A stretch of 64,000 nt of DNA from Strigamia acuminata (Eukaryota): NCBI GenBank assembly GCA_949358305.1, contig OX442314.1:2604001-2668000 (forward strand). Direction: 5' to 3'. Positions 1 to 10,681 of this stretch are shown here, piece by piece (position 1 is the first letter of the stretch; each line of letters opens with the position of its first letter). The notes beneath the pieces are model-generated. The model did no database searches. It had not been told where the DNA came from and was given only the letters and a program-made list of their open reading frames with translations. Position numbers and translations under genes: made by a program.

Positions 1-43
1 TTTACCAGAAGCGGAGAAAGCAGCGACCGCGAACCGTCTCAAG

Positions 44-706
44 TTGAGTGCGGAAAGATATGGGGCGACAGATAAGATTATGCGCCCTACTGAATATCTT
101 AGCGGTATAATGGAGCTGGCAGAAGCTAGCGTTGGTTTGCAAATAAAAAATAAACTGACATCCACGCTGCCTTCCAACCCTTTGGCCGCCCCTAAAAAGG
201 CACCGACAGCGTCAGCCATGCAAGCGACACTGGAGGAGGTCAAGGAGGGGGAGGAAGCCGGACAAGATGCCGGAAAATTAGACGAAAAAGAAGAAAAAGA
301 CGATTATTCGACGGACGAAGAAATACGAAGCTATCGCGATACCTTATCAACGGGTTGCGATGAGGAAGGACCGCTAGTACATCTCATCCATCGAGATAGA
401 GCGGTAGAAGAATTTCGCGCCAGGTTAAAACCAAATGCCGGCCGAATTCCGAAGTATTTTCGGAAAAATTACACGCCACCGTCGAAAGCAGACCCTGAAA
501 AGAAAAAATCGACTGAAGCCCCAAGAGACAAATCAAATATTCGCTGTTTCAAGTGTAACCAACCGGGCCACTACTCCAATGAGTGCCCAAGAACAGCGAA
601 AGAAGACGCTAAATTTGACGCAATAATGAAGCAAATGGCAGAGATTAAACTCGCCATGGCAAAAAACGAGTCAAAAAACGAGTCAGCGCAGGCGGCGAAG
701 AAATAA
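44..706 (+). CDS. gag: Gag C-terminal part (true start upstream of window)
   Basis: Zinc knuckle CFKCNQPGHYSNEC; lies directly upstream of pol. Confidence 0.88.
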   Translation: MSAERYGATDKIMRPTEYLSGIMELAEASVGLQIKNKLTSTLPSNPLAAPKKAPTASAMQATLEEVKEGEEAGQDAGKLDEKEEKDDYSTDEEIRSYRDTLSTGCDEEGPLVHLIHRDRAVEEFRARLKPNAGRIPKYFRKNYTPPSKADPEKKKSTEAPRDKSNIRCFKCNQPGHYSNECPRTAKEDAKFDAIMKQMAEIKLAMAKNESKNESAQAAKK

Positions 707-724
707 CTTCTCGACCGTCTGCGC
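661..724 (+). promoter_or_regulatory. -1 ribosomal frameshift signal at gag-pol junction
   Basis: AAAAAAC at 661-667 and 673-679 in gag phase; hairpin GCGCAGGCGG...CCGTCTGCGC at 686-724; -1 frame open into pol. Confidence 0.85.
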
Positions 725-729
725 CATTC

Positions 730-3700
730 ATGAAGAAGAAGGGGTTTAACAAAGGGTTCGATAAGCCGCCACCAGTCAAAGAAATGGGTAGTGACATAGC
801 TAACGCCCAAATTCAAGACAGGGCCAACAACGCTTTGCAGGTAATTACCGCAAACGCTGAGGCTGAGGCGGAAGAACCGAACCTACTGCTTGAAGAATTA
901 CCTCAAGTAGTCGAAGACACAGAAGAATTTCGTGTTTTCATGTGCAACGTGGCGGTCGAATACACCAACCGCCTATGTATGTTGCCCATGACAATAGAAC
1001 GTGAAAAAATTATGGGACTGCTAGACTCGGGAGCAGATCGCTCGTTCGTTTCCGAAGACATAGTAGCATCATTGGGTCTCACCGATAAGATAAAAGGCGT
1101 TAATAAAAATATACGTCTAAAAACCGCCAACGGAATGGCGCGTCCAAAAGGAGTTATATTATTGACCATGGAGTGGCTCGGAGGAGTAGAACAGCACCCT
1201 TTCCTGGTCCTGCCCACATGCGACAGAATTTTTCTGTTGGGCTTAGACCTCATGGCGTCAATGGAAATACAACCAAATCCAATAACGAAATCTTGGAATT
1301 ATATCAGAAATGATAAGGAAAGACCCGCAATTGTCGTGCCACCAGCTCTTGTAAAAGAAGCGGCCGACAAGACACAGGGGGAGAAAGGCCTAAAGAAATT
1401 CGTTCAAGACTACGATTTTAAAGCATTCGTAACAGAATTGCAACGGGACAATGTAGTGGAAACGCTTGTCGCCGACGCCGCTTTAGAATTAAACGAAGCG
1501 GCAGCCCTACGAAGGGTCCTACTTAAATATGAGGGGATCCTGTCGAAAAAACCGGGCCGAACGAATAAGGCTATTCACGAAATTAAATTGACGGATAATA
1601 AACCTATACGAGTTGCGTATAAGGGAATGAACCCGCAAAAACGTGAAATAGTGCAAAAAATGTGCCAAGAAATGCTAGACAGTGGCATTGTCTCCGAGGC
1701 CCAGGGAGAATACGCGACGCGAGTTGTACTCGTGATGCGCCCGGGCTCGGACCCACGCCTATGCATTGATTACCGCCCATTAAACGCGGTGACAGAGATA
1801 GATCCCATACAGATGCCGTCTATCGAATCCATTTTGAGAGAGCTTAGCCCCTTTTCTTGGGTTACGACGATGGATCTGTCGAAGGGGTACTGGCAAGTTG
1901 AGATGAGGCCAGAGGATAAGATAAAAACAGCATTTTACTCGCCAATTGGACGGTTGATGTTCAACGTCATGCCATTTGGTTTAGTGAATGCTCCCAGTAC
2001 CTTTCAGAGGCTAATCGAAAGCGTATTGGGTGATATCCTGCATCAGTTTGTATGGGCATACCTAGATGACATAGTTATTGCCTCTAAAACATTCGAAGAG
2101 CACATTGAGCACATCGACCAAGTGCTCACCCGGCTGGCAAAAGCTGGGTTACACGTGCATCCGGGCAAAAGCAAGTTCTGTCGAAAGGAGCTTGCCTTCC
2201 TGGGTTATCGCATTGGAGTCAATGGTTTAGCTATTGGCCCCGAAAAAATCGATGCGATTAATCGTTTCCCACCACCCGAGGACGTTAAAGGTGTCCAACG
2301 GTTTATGGGAATGATAAACTTCTTCGGCAGGTTGCTACTGGGTCTAGCTGAAGTGGCAGCCCCAGTTACCGACCTCCTGAAGAATGAAAACGAATTTGTA
2401 TGGTCAAATGAGTGCAACATCGCATTTAATGCGATAAAGAGGATGCTGACGGAAGTCGGCGTAATGCCTCTACCCGACCTAAACCGGCCGTTCATATTAC
2501 ATACGGACGCCAGCGGAGTTGGGTTGGGAGCCGCGTTGCTTCAAACACACGTGCGCGACGGAGTCGAACAAGACCTGCCGTGCATGTTTATAAGTCGCAA
2601 ACTCCAAGGCGCTGAAAAAAATTACAACGCCACAGAGTTGGAGTGTTTAGCCGTTGTGTGGGCCATAAGGAAATTCAGAGATTATCTCGAATATACCAAA
2701 TTTGTAGTCCACACAGATCATCAAGCGTTACAATGGCTGATGAAATTAAAGGAGCCAGCAGGTCGACTAGCCAGATGGCAGTTAGAACTGATGGCATGCG
2801 ACTTGACCATTCAATACAAGCCCGGCAAATATAACGTCGTGGCTGATGCTCTGTCACGGGCACCAGTGTCAGATCCTATCGACGCTGACGATGATGGCGA
2901 GGATGATTCCCGCATCATTTACTGCCCGACGAGTTGTCACCGTTGGGATTTAAGGAAGATGAATGAAATTCCCACCGCGTCTCCGGCAGATGTAAAATTC
3001 TGTGGATTTTGGACGCGGTTATACCAACCAGCTGCTGACAATTACCCAAATGCAAAGAAGGAATTTAAGCTAGAGCGGAGAATAAATGACCCGCTTCTAA
3101 GCGCCTTCCACGCTCATGTCGGCAAGCAGATGCAAAGCAATCCCCCGACAAGGGAGGAAATAATTGTGCAACAAAAATTAGACAAAAAATGTCAGGACAG
3201 AGCTAGATTCGTACTGACAGGAAAATATCCGCCCGACTTAACCAGAAGGCAGAAGCGTCGTTATGCGCACGAATCCATAGATTACCTATTGGATGACGGC
3301 CTTTTGGTGAAGCATCACCCAAATCACCAAGATGACTTGAGTGAATCGGACACCGCAGTAAAGGTAGTAATACCTGCTTCCTTAATCGGTCGCGTGCTGT
3401 GGTTGTTACACGGGCACCCGCTTGCGAGCCATGCGGGAGTAAGCAGAACACTCTATCGTGCTACACAGCTTTTTCACTGGACAGGGATGAAAAAAGATAT
3501 CGCTCTTTTTGTCCACCAATGTCAGCGATGTCAAGCGTGTAAGCCGAGGAGAAAATCACCATTCGAAACTATCTTCTTAGGGCCTTACGCGCCTTTTGAT
3601 TGTTTAAGTGTCGATGTGATGGGCCCAAAACCCGTTACGGGAAATAAAAATGCGTACATTATCGTAATAATGGACGTGGCGACTCGTTGGCCCGAGTTGT

Positions 3701-4800
3701 ACGCCGTCGCTAGACCTTCAGCAGAGAAAATCGTTGAATGTATCTACGACGTGGCGTTACGTTACGGATTTCCACGTAAAATAATATCCGATAACGGACC
3801 CCAATTTATCTCGAAAATTTGGGGTAAGTTTTGTGAGAAATTCGGGATTGTGGCGTCACATACCTCGACCTACAATCCCAGAACAAATCCCGTTGAGCGA
3901 CTCAACAGGGACATTAAATATGCACTAAGCATATTCACTGACATCCACAATAGGTGGGATGAATACTTGAGGGAGATCGCGTTCAGCATACGAACAACAG
4001 TCTCGAGGACGAGAGATTTTTCTCCGGCCTACCTCAACTTCGCCCGAGAGCTACGAGTGCCTTGGGACCCACGAGTGGCAGAGTCGGTAAATGTGGTGGA
4101 CCCAGAGAAACCACATGAGTATGTGTATAAATTGGAGCAAACAATTTCGAGCACATACAAACATATGATGGCGCACATTTTTAACATGCGCGACCGCATT
4201 TTACAAGATAAAAGCGGTGGAAAATTTGTGAATTTCGAGAACAATGATTTAGTGTGGAAGGACACACACATCCTCTCAAATGCAGCGAGAGGAATCACCG
4301 CCAGCTTGGCCGACAAGAGAGATGGTCCGTATGTGATCATCGGCAAGCATGGCGGTAACGCGTATAAATTACGCAAGCTCGAGGACAACACCGAGCATAA
4401 GTCGATACAAGTACGAGAGTTAACTCCGTACATTCCGGAATTCCCGCAAGAAATGTGGGCCAAAGGCCAAGTCAAGTCTAAAACTGACGGCCAAATCGTC
4501 GATATGTTCGCTGGCGAGTCGGAAAAAGCACCGCCAAGTGACAACGAGGAGTATTTCGACGCCCCTTCACCTCCGGTAAACGAGATAGTTGAATCCGTTC
4601 CGGATCCAATTTTGGTCGGGGGGGAAACAGGAGAAACTCCTGAAACAAACACAAAAAACACGGATAAAAAAGAAAACAATAATGAGGAGGTACAGACACA
4701 AAAAACAACAAAAAATATCGTACCTGCCTCGATCCGTAACCTGCGACCAAAAAGAGATAATCCGTTTATAAAAGGCGGAAAGGTCGTAGGAAAAAAGTAA
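730..4800 (+). CDS. pol: Pol polyprotein (protease, RT, RNase H, integrase)
   Basis: LLDSGA; DLSKGYWQ, MPFGL, YLDD; TDAS, ELE, TDH; HHCC zinc finger, DVMGP, SDNGPQF, VERLNR; GPY. Confidence 0.97.
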   Translation: MKKKGFNKGFDKPPPVKEMGSDIANAQIQDRANNALQVITANAEAEAEEPNLLLEELPQVVEDTEEFRVFMCNVAVEYTNRLCMLPMTIEREKIMGLLDSGADRSFVSEDIVASLGLTDKIKGVNKNIRLKTANGMARPKGVILLTMEWLGGVEQHPFLVLPTCDRIFLLGLDLMASMEIQPNPITKSWNYIRNDKERPAIVVPPALVKEAADKTQGEKGLKKFVQDYDFKAFVTELQRDNVVETLVADAALELNEAAALRRVLLKYEGILSKKPGRTNKAIHEIKLTDNKPIRVAYKGMNPQKREIVQKMCQEMLDSGIVSEAQGEYATRVVLVMRPGSDPRLCIDYRPLNAVTEIDPIQMPSIESILRELSPFSWVTTMDLSKGYWQVEMRPEDKIKTAFYSPIGRLMFNVMPFGLVNAPSTFQRLIESVLGDILHQFVWAYLDDIVIASKTFEEHIEHIDQVLTRLAKAGLHVHPGKSKFCRKELAFLGYRIGVNGLAIGPEKIDAINRFPPPEDVKGVQRFMGMINFFGRLLLGLAEVAAPVTDLLKNENEFVWSNECNIAFNAIKRMLTEVGVMPLPDLNRPFILHTDASGVGLGAALLQTHVRDGVEQDLPCMFISRKLQGAEKNYNATELECLAVVWAIRKFRDYLEYTKFVVHTDHQALQWLMKLKEPAGRLARWQLELMACDLTIQYKPGKYNVVADALSRAPVSDPIDADDDGEDDSRIIYCPTSCHRWDLRKMNEIPTASPADVKFCGFWTRLYQPAADNYPNAKKEFKLERRINDPLLSAFHAHVGKQMQSNPPTREEIIVQQKLDKKCQDRARFVLTGKYPPDLTRRQKRRYAHESIDYLLDDGLLVKHHPNHQDDLSESDTAVKVVIPASLIGRVLWLLHGHPLASHAGVSRTLYRATQLFHWTGMKKDIALFVHQCQRCQACKPRRKSPFETIFLGPYAPFDCLSVDVMGPKPVTGNKNAYIIVIMDVATRWPELYAVARPSAEKIVECIYDVALRYGFPRKIISDNGPQFISKIWGKFCEKFGIVASHTSTYNPRTNPVERLNRDIKYALSIFTDIHNRWDEYLREIAFSIRTTVSRTRDFSPAYLNFARELRVPWDPRVAESVNVVDPEKPHEYVYKLEQTISSTYKHMMAHIFNMRDRILQDKSGGKFVNFENNDLVWKDTHILSNAARGITASLADKRDGPYVIIGKHGGNAYKLRKLEDNTEHKSIQVRELTPYIPEFPQEMWAKGQVKSKTDGQIVDMFAGESEKAPPSDNEEYFDAPSPPVNEIVESVPDPILVGGETGETPETNTKNTDKKENNNEEVQTQKTTKNIVPASIRNLRPKRDNPFIKGGKVVGKK

Positions 4801-4939
4801 AATAAATTACGAGTCGATGGCGGCACTAAAAATAAATGTAATCGACCGATAGTGCAAGCCATCACGTCGCAGAAAATTTCGCTAAGTCCAACAAAGCGGA
4901 TATCGGTCGAATTCGCGTCACGAGATGGCGTGGAAACGC

Positions 4940-5100
4940 GGGACCCGTAGCAAAATTATCGGCACGGGTCGGATACCGCGTGCAAAAGACCCCGTAGCAG
5001 CAATCGCGCACGGGAGTGAAAACAAAAAAGACCCCGTAGCAGCAATCGCGCACGGGAGTGAGAACAAAGGAGACCCGTAGCGTAACATGCGCACGGGTAG
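4940..5100 (+). repeat. About 41-bp imperfect tandem repeats between pol and ORF3
   Basis: Repeated gacccc-gtagcagcaatcgcgcacgggagtga. Confidence 0.8.
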
Positions 5101-6243
5101 GTGCGCACTAGTCTCAAACACCCGGGTTCTGGAGTATATTACCCAGAATCCATCGCGATTACCTCGTGTTCACACGGACTTCCGCTTTTCACAGCTGATC
5201 GCTGCATTCGTGCGTGATCCTCGTTTTTAACGTTTTTACCGAGTTTTTTTTTAGATAGTTTTATCACCCTTTTTTCAATCGTGATTGAGCTTTTTGTGCG
5301 CGCTCCTCGCCATGGACGAGGAAGAGAACGACGTGCTGGCCATCGAGCACGAGGACGAGGAAAACTGGGACCGCGATGTAAACCAAGTCCAACCCGATCA
5401 GGTAGAAGTCGGCATCGGCACATGAGAATTATTTCCGTGCTGCTGAAAGAGAAATTTTGTTGACTAATACCTGACATGAGTGCTTTGCACTCGAAATAGC
5501 GTATAATTAATTATTAACCGCGATCGCTCACACGATCGTATTTTTTCCTTGTTAATTTGTTTTCGGGGTGCGAGCGCAGACTTCACGTCGCCTCGCGTCT
5601 CGAAAATTCCTCATGACTTGAGTCACGAGCGAGACAATGGGCTCGAGCCATAAATAATTTTATGACAAGGGGAGAATATTCTGTAAAAGAATATTTTTCT
5701 CCACAAGTAATTTGACGCATCAAATTGATGCAACTTAACATTCGTACGATGAATTTTTCGGTGTGTTGGATAAATTCAATTTGACTTTAACTTTTTTTAA
5801 AATGAGACAAAGTCCGACTTCGGAATAATTCTTTATTAGGTTTATTTATTTAATAAAATTTCGACAAGCACATTTATTGTGCAATTTTAGTAATAATTTA
5901 CACCCGACGAATTCTTTTTACGAATGACTGATAATTATTAATTTAATTATTAGTAATGTCCTAATTAATGTTAGAATTAATTTGAAGTAAAATCTGATGA
6001 TAAGAATCCAGATTAAAGGCTCGATTCCGTCTCGCTGTGCGTTTTGGACATGAGACAGATTTTTACGTGATGACTTCTCTTTTTCTATCCGACGAGGGAC
6101 AATTCGTCCTACGTTTGCACCGATAGACAGGAATCGGTCTCGACGGACGGCTGCACGTATCGGCAACGTCCCTCGAAACCAACCATTTATCTACGTATTT
6201 AATATTAACTTTTTATTAATCGTTTATTTCTCCACCCTTCCAG

Positions 6244-9009
6244 ATGGCATTACGTAAAACATGGGGACCATTAGACCCCGCTTGCATCACTCGTGGCGGG
6301 ATATTTCGAGGCGCGCTGCCCGATTTTTACCGACGATGTTTCGGCGAAGACGCCGACCCTTGGCGCCTGCGAATACTACATTCCCGATGCATCGCCCGAC
6401 GTTGGGTACGAGACTGCACGCTCCTGGATACGTTCCCGGAGGGAATGCGCGAAGGCATCGCCACAGAGTTAGCTCGTGACGATGACCCGAAATCGCCAAT
6501 TTTCCACCCCGGATTGTCAAGTCAGTACACTGGCAACCCGGCGGAGGAACACGTGCTGCATGCGTGGCGAGCAGCCGAGACAGAAGAGGCCCGTGAGGCC
6601 ATCTATCAGCATTATAGACAACAGCTGGTGGATACCGCTACGGCAGTGGCCGAGCGCATCCTCCAAAACGAGGGGATGACCGCGGATGATATTCATCTGT
6701 GGTTTGAGAGGCTGCGATTGGGAGAGAGTACGCCCCAGTGGAGACCTCGGATGGGAATTTTAACATCCCAAGCCGAGATGTGGCAGCTCCACTACCTGGG
6801 GATTTTGGGGCCCAAGAGCAGCTACCCGCGGAAGCGCAAGCGCTCCAAAGGCGCCGGGGACAGCCAGTCGCGTTCCCCAGCGACAACCAAGAAGCAGCGT
6901 GTCGCTCAAAACACGACTGAAGGCAACGAAGCTGGGCCATCCACTAGTACGGTGCGTGACCCTTCGCAGTATTCCCGACCGCTAATTTTCGTAAACCGTC
7001 AGATTAAAGACGGTAAGGAGTACAAGGAGGTTTGGATGTCTGGTGACGAAGAGCGAGTCTCTCGTCCCAGCACTTCTAGACGTCCGCTGACTCATCGCGA
7101 GCAGCGGAAAAAAGATCGCAAAGAGCAATACTTCGCGAGGTGCGAAGCTCGGGGCCGTCCCATCCCCGAACCCGCCTACGTCTCCAAGAGAGCGGGTCGA
7201 CGAAGTGGTAGCCAGTCAGGTGAGCGAAGCGTCCCAGCGGCAGATACGCGGGACCTTCGCGAGATTCTGACTCAGATGAAGCGGACGAAACTGACACGTT
7301 TCGATCCCGCGATGAAACACGCCAGGAAGATGGGTGTTGTCACCGACGGGAAGGTGACCCCACACGAGGTGGCAAGGTGGCTCGCAGACTACATAAATTC
7401 GCGACCACGACCCGATGGCATGCCAACCGCCATCGTGCAGCCTTCGGGCTCCGGACAACATCTCCCGGCGCCCCAAGTCGCAATGACTAGGGTGCAGACG
7501 ACGGAGACGCCACCACCGCCGACGCAGCCAACACCACCGCTGCCGACGCCAACGCTGCCGACCAAGACGCAGCCGCCTCCGAACCTGCCGCTGCCGTCGT
7601 TGTTGAATTCGAGCGATCCGCCGGATTTACTCACCGACCGCTCAGTCCTTCTCCCCGTCGGACAGAGCATTATGCAGGAATGTCGAGCCAATTTGACCGA
7701 CATTTACAGGCCGAGCCGACCCCGACCCGGTTCCTCGGCCCTGTTCTTCGAGAGGCGAGACGAAGAAGCGCGACTCGCGAGAGAAGCCGCCAACCCGACT
7801 ATCTCCGAGCTCTCAGCGTTTCGCTTCGTGATGGAAGACCCAAGAGTCTCCGCACCCGCCTTGCGAGGTGTGGATCAAGCCCAGCGATATTTCATCGAAT
7901 GGGCAACGGCGATGATGAGTAAGCTCTCGTGTGCCTTCACTGCGGATTCGGAGCGATCGAATCCAGTGAATCGTCGCAGCCTACAGCTATCATTGACCAA
8001 GGTCATGATGCAGCTGCTAACCCCAGCACTCTTCGGAGAAGGGCGTCAGGCGATGGCCGCATGGTCTGTCGTGGACAGAGAGGGTGTACAGGTTCCCCGT
8101 GCACTCCTCGCAGAGTGGAGCTCCATTCTGCCCGACCCTGTGTTGACTCGGTACGAGCTAACCAGGGATGTGGTAAACCCCGAATTTGAGGGGTACAAGT
8201 TGCGAAGCACGGCGTTTCGCTATACCTCCGCCACCTGGACAGCGGCGCCTACCCAACAACTGCGCGCCTTGACCATCCAGACGGAAGAATCGGCAGAGGA
8301 TGTAGAAATGGTGATCTCGCCGACGAGCGGAGTTCCGATTCCGCCACCGATGCCTGCGGAGATATCCCCGCAAGGACCCGCCCTGTTCGAAGTGGCGGGT
8401 AAGCCAAAGCGCTTACTGTGCCGAACGCCACCCGTCAGGTCCGTCGAGCAAACGAAGCCGACACCGCCCGGGACCCCACCGGCCCGAGCGGCGACAACGA
8501 CGCAAGCCGTGATTCCCGCGGCCACCCAGAAGCCGAAGCCGGCACCGCCTCCACCAGACTATTACGGGCGAATCATCGAAGAGTTTCCCCATCTTTCGAT
8601 GACAACGGCGACCAGGAGGTTTATCCTCGCACAACGGGATAAAGGCAAATCAGTCTTCATCTGGCTTCACAACCAGATCCGGAAGACTAGAGACCTCATC
8701 TTCCACCAGAGGTTGCTGAGAGCCCACCGTGTGCCAGTGACGCCAGCGGAAGCCAATGCCATCCGGCATACGAACACCGGCTTCTCCGCCTACATCCCGA
8801 GCGTTTGGTTACACGAGAGGACGCGTGCCCCGCATGAGCCAGTTGACGGCCATGCATTATGCTTCATTACGGAGCATGAGGACCCCCGAGATCGGTCCTC
8901 GGCGTTAGTAGGCGATCTACCCGCGCCACCCGGCACTCAACCGCCTGTCCCTGGAGTGAGTTACGCCCAGGTGACGGACTCAGTGTCGGGTCCCCCAGGA
9001 AAGAAGTGA
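6244..9009 (+). CDS. ORF3 of the Gypsy element, 921 aa, Pro/Arg-rich, function unknown
   Basis: Long intact ORF between pol and the PPT; pyrimidine tract plus CAG directly before the ATG; basic clusters RKRKRSK and KKQR. Confidence 0.8.
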   Translation: MALRKTWGPLDPACITRGGIFRGALPDFYRRCFGEDADPWRLRILHSRCIARRWVRDCTLLDTFPEGMREGIATELARDDDPKSPIFHPGLSSQYTGNPAEEHVLHAWRAAETEEAREAIYQHYRQQLVDTATAVAERILQNEGMTADDIHLWFERLRLGESTPQWRPRMGILTSQAEMWQLHYLGILGPKSSYPRKRKRSKGAGDSQSRSPATTKKQRVAQNTTEGNEAGPSTSTVRDPSQYSRPLIFVNRQIKDGKEYKEVWMSGDEERVSRPSTSRRPLTHREQRKKDRKEQYFARCEARGRPIPEPAYVSKRAGRRSGSQSGERSVPAADTRDLREILTQMKRTKLTRFDPAMKHARKMGVVTDGKVTPHEVARWLADYINSRPRPDGMPTAIVQPSGSGQHLPAPQVAMTRVQTTETPPPPTQPTPPLPTPTLPTKTQPPPNLPLPSLLNSSDPPDLLTDRSVLLPVGQSIMQECRANLTDIYRPSRPRPGSSALFFERRDEEARLAREAANPTISELSAFRFVMEDPRVSAPALRGVDQAQRYFIEWATAMMSKLSCAFTADSERSNPVNRRSLQLSLTKVMMQLLTPALFGEGRQAMAAWSVVDREGVQVPRALLAEWSSILPDPVLTRYELTRDVVNPEFEGYKLRSTAFRYTSATWTAAPTQQLRALTIQTEESAEDVEMVISPTSGVPIPPPMPAEISPQGPALFEVAGKPKRLLCRTPPVRSVEQTKPTPPGTPPARAATTTQAVIPAATQKPKPAPPPPDYYGRIIEEFPHLSMTTATRRFILAQRDKGKSVFIWLHNQIRKTRDLIFHQRLLRAHRVPVTPAEANAIRHTNTGFSAYIPSVWLHERTRAPHEPVDGHALCFITEHEDPRDRSSALVGDLPAPPGTQPPVPGVSYAQVTDSVSGPPGKK

Positions 9010-9045
9010 TCGCTCAGCCCCACGGTCTGAGCTCGGAGGGGGAAG

Positions 9046-10061
9046 TGTTGTGACCCGACTGGACCGGGGTCAACGAAGAGTTTCTCTCGTGACCTCGTTT
9101 CGGGTGTAAGGGGAGCCGCAAGCGCGTCTCCCTTCCCTCAGTGCATTGACATCTAGTCAATGGACAGGCGTCTGCCCTGAGGGAGTGGGGATGGCTCGTC
9201 CACCCCACCATTGGGTGATTCCGGTCACCTGTCAACCCCGCTTTGTGCAAAGAAATGTGCCTTGCACTGAGCGGGCAGAACCAACACAACCATCAAACGA
9301 GAAACACACGTAAACCCGTCGTCCTACAAGATCAGGCCCAAGTAAATATACTGGGATTGACCAAGGACAAAGGACAATTTACCGTGAGTACGTTTGGTCA
9401 GTGTCAAACTCCGCAGAGTAACCTGCGAGATAAGATTACCACACTATTTTAGCACACCAGCTAGAAATAGTAAAAACCACTCCAGTTTAGCGAGTTGTGC
9501 AGACAAACGGTCGCACAAGCCTAAACTGCAGTAAAACCACGACGAGCGTTCCCGCCGCTGTGTGACCGCCGGGAGCCAGAAGAGTCCGCCGCTGTGTGAT
9601 CGCCGGACACCACACAAAAACCTAGACAACAGCCCGAAGTAAGCCTTTTAACTAAGCATTCACTCGCGCCCGACCAGCGTGAGCCCGAAGGACCAGCCAG
9701 AGACGAGCCGAGGACGCCATATTGCCACGCCGGCCCAAGACGACATCGCGTTGCCACAACGAGGACGCCATCTTGGACGCGAACGAAACAAAGGACGACC
9801 TCGCCGATTCCAGCCAGCTTTCATCATACCTTTACATTTCCATTTCCCTTCACCCATTCCGATTTACCTTTTACCTACCTTTCATATATATATATAAGAT
9901 ATATCTGTATATTGTCCCACAGAATAAATCTATATTATATTTTACCTTTTATATCTGTGTAATCATTTCTTTGGGTAAACCGCTTGAGACAAAGCGGTAG
10001 TGAGTTAGTCGAATTAAGTAATCAACCCACGAGTTAGCGACGGTTAGAGTTGAGCGCGACA
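9046..10061 (+). repeat. 3' LTR of about 1.0 kb
   Basis: Follows PPT GGAGGGGGAAG; TGTTGTG...CGCGACA ends; AATAAA near 9923; host-derived sequence resumes at 10062. Confidence 0.72.
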
Positions 10062-10062
10062 C

Positions 10063-10421
10063 AAGGTATTGTACGAGGAAGAGCTGAACGTGCCGCTCGG
10101 GCTCTTCAACGAGGTGCTGGACCGCATCTTTCGGCAGTCGCAGGGTCAGTTATTGGTCGCTTGGATCAACGCGCTCACTGTGCTTCGGATCAAGGTACAC
10201 GACCGAGGACTTGGACGACGATTAGCGGCAAGTGCTGCACCGCACCGGCTGCAAGGACGAGAAGATTTGCTTCGTGATGGGCTCGAGTTTTCTCGAGCGA
10301 ATGAATACGCTGCTGGCGAACGGCGAAGTGGCCGGCCTGTTTGAGGGCGACGGACGACATCAAGGACGACGTGAGGGAGAAGATGCGGAGCAGATATTTG
10401 GATAATCCGGAGTACAACTTT
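10063..10421 (+). pseudogene. DYNC1H1: Internally deleted fragment of cytoplasmic dynein heavy chain (AAA4 plus microtubule-binding domain piece)
   Basis: [112 protein letters not shown]; stop and frameshifts. Confidence 0.88.
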
Positions 10422-10681
10422 TTTTGCTGAAATTTTTATAAAATGTATGCACATCGTTTCCCAACACCAGCGCTTTTTGTCGTTCGTAATTAGCGACGCT
10501 AAGAGTTTAATGCGCTAATAACCCAAAAAGATCTTTCGGATCACTGTACAATTTTACCCTGTCCAATTAAAATTCTCCTAAAATCTTTCGAATCTCAGAG
10601 AACTTGAAATATTTTAATTTCCGACATGTTGTGGATTTAGATTGTGTGGTGACATCTCGCGGCGAGTATTGTAGATGAGTA

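Larger units (their letters stand above)
1..10061 (+). mobile_element. Ty3/Gypsy LTR retrotransposon with three ORFs (5' end outside window)
   Basis: gag with CCHC knuckle, pol in PR-RT-RH-IN order, ORF3, polypurine tract 9035-9045, then LTR. Confidence 0.93.

Noticed and set aside
4029..4865. 278-aa antisense ORF
   Set aside because: Shadow of the pol frame with no motifs
6244..9009. ORF3 as envelope glycoprotein
   Set aside because: No evident signal peptide, fusion peptide or C-terminal TM segment
10146..10454. Minus-strand ORFs as a gene divergent from RPAP1
   Set aside because: The plus strand is explained by dynein homology
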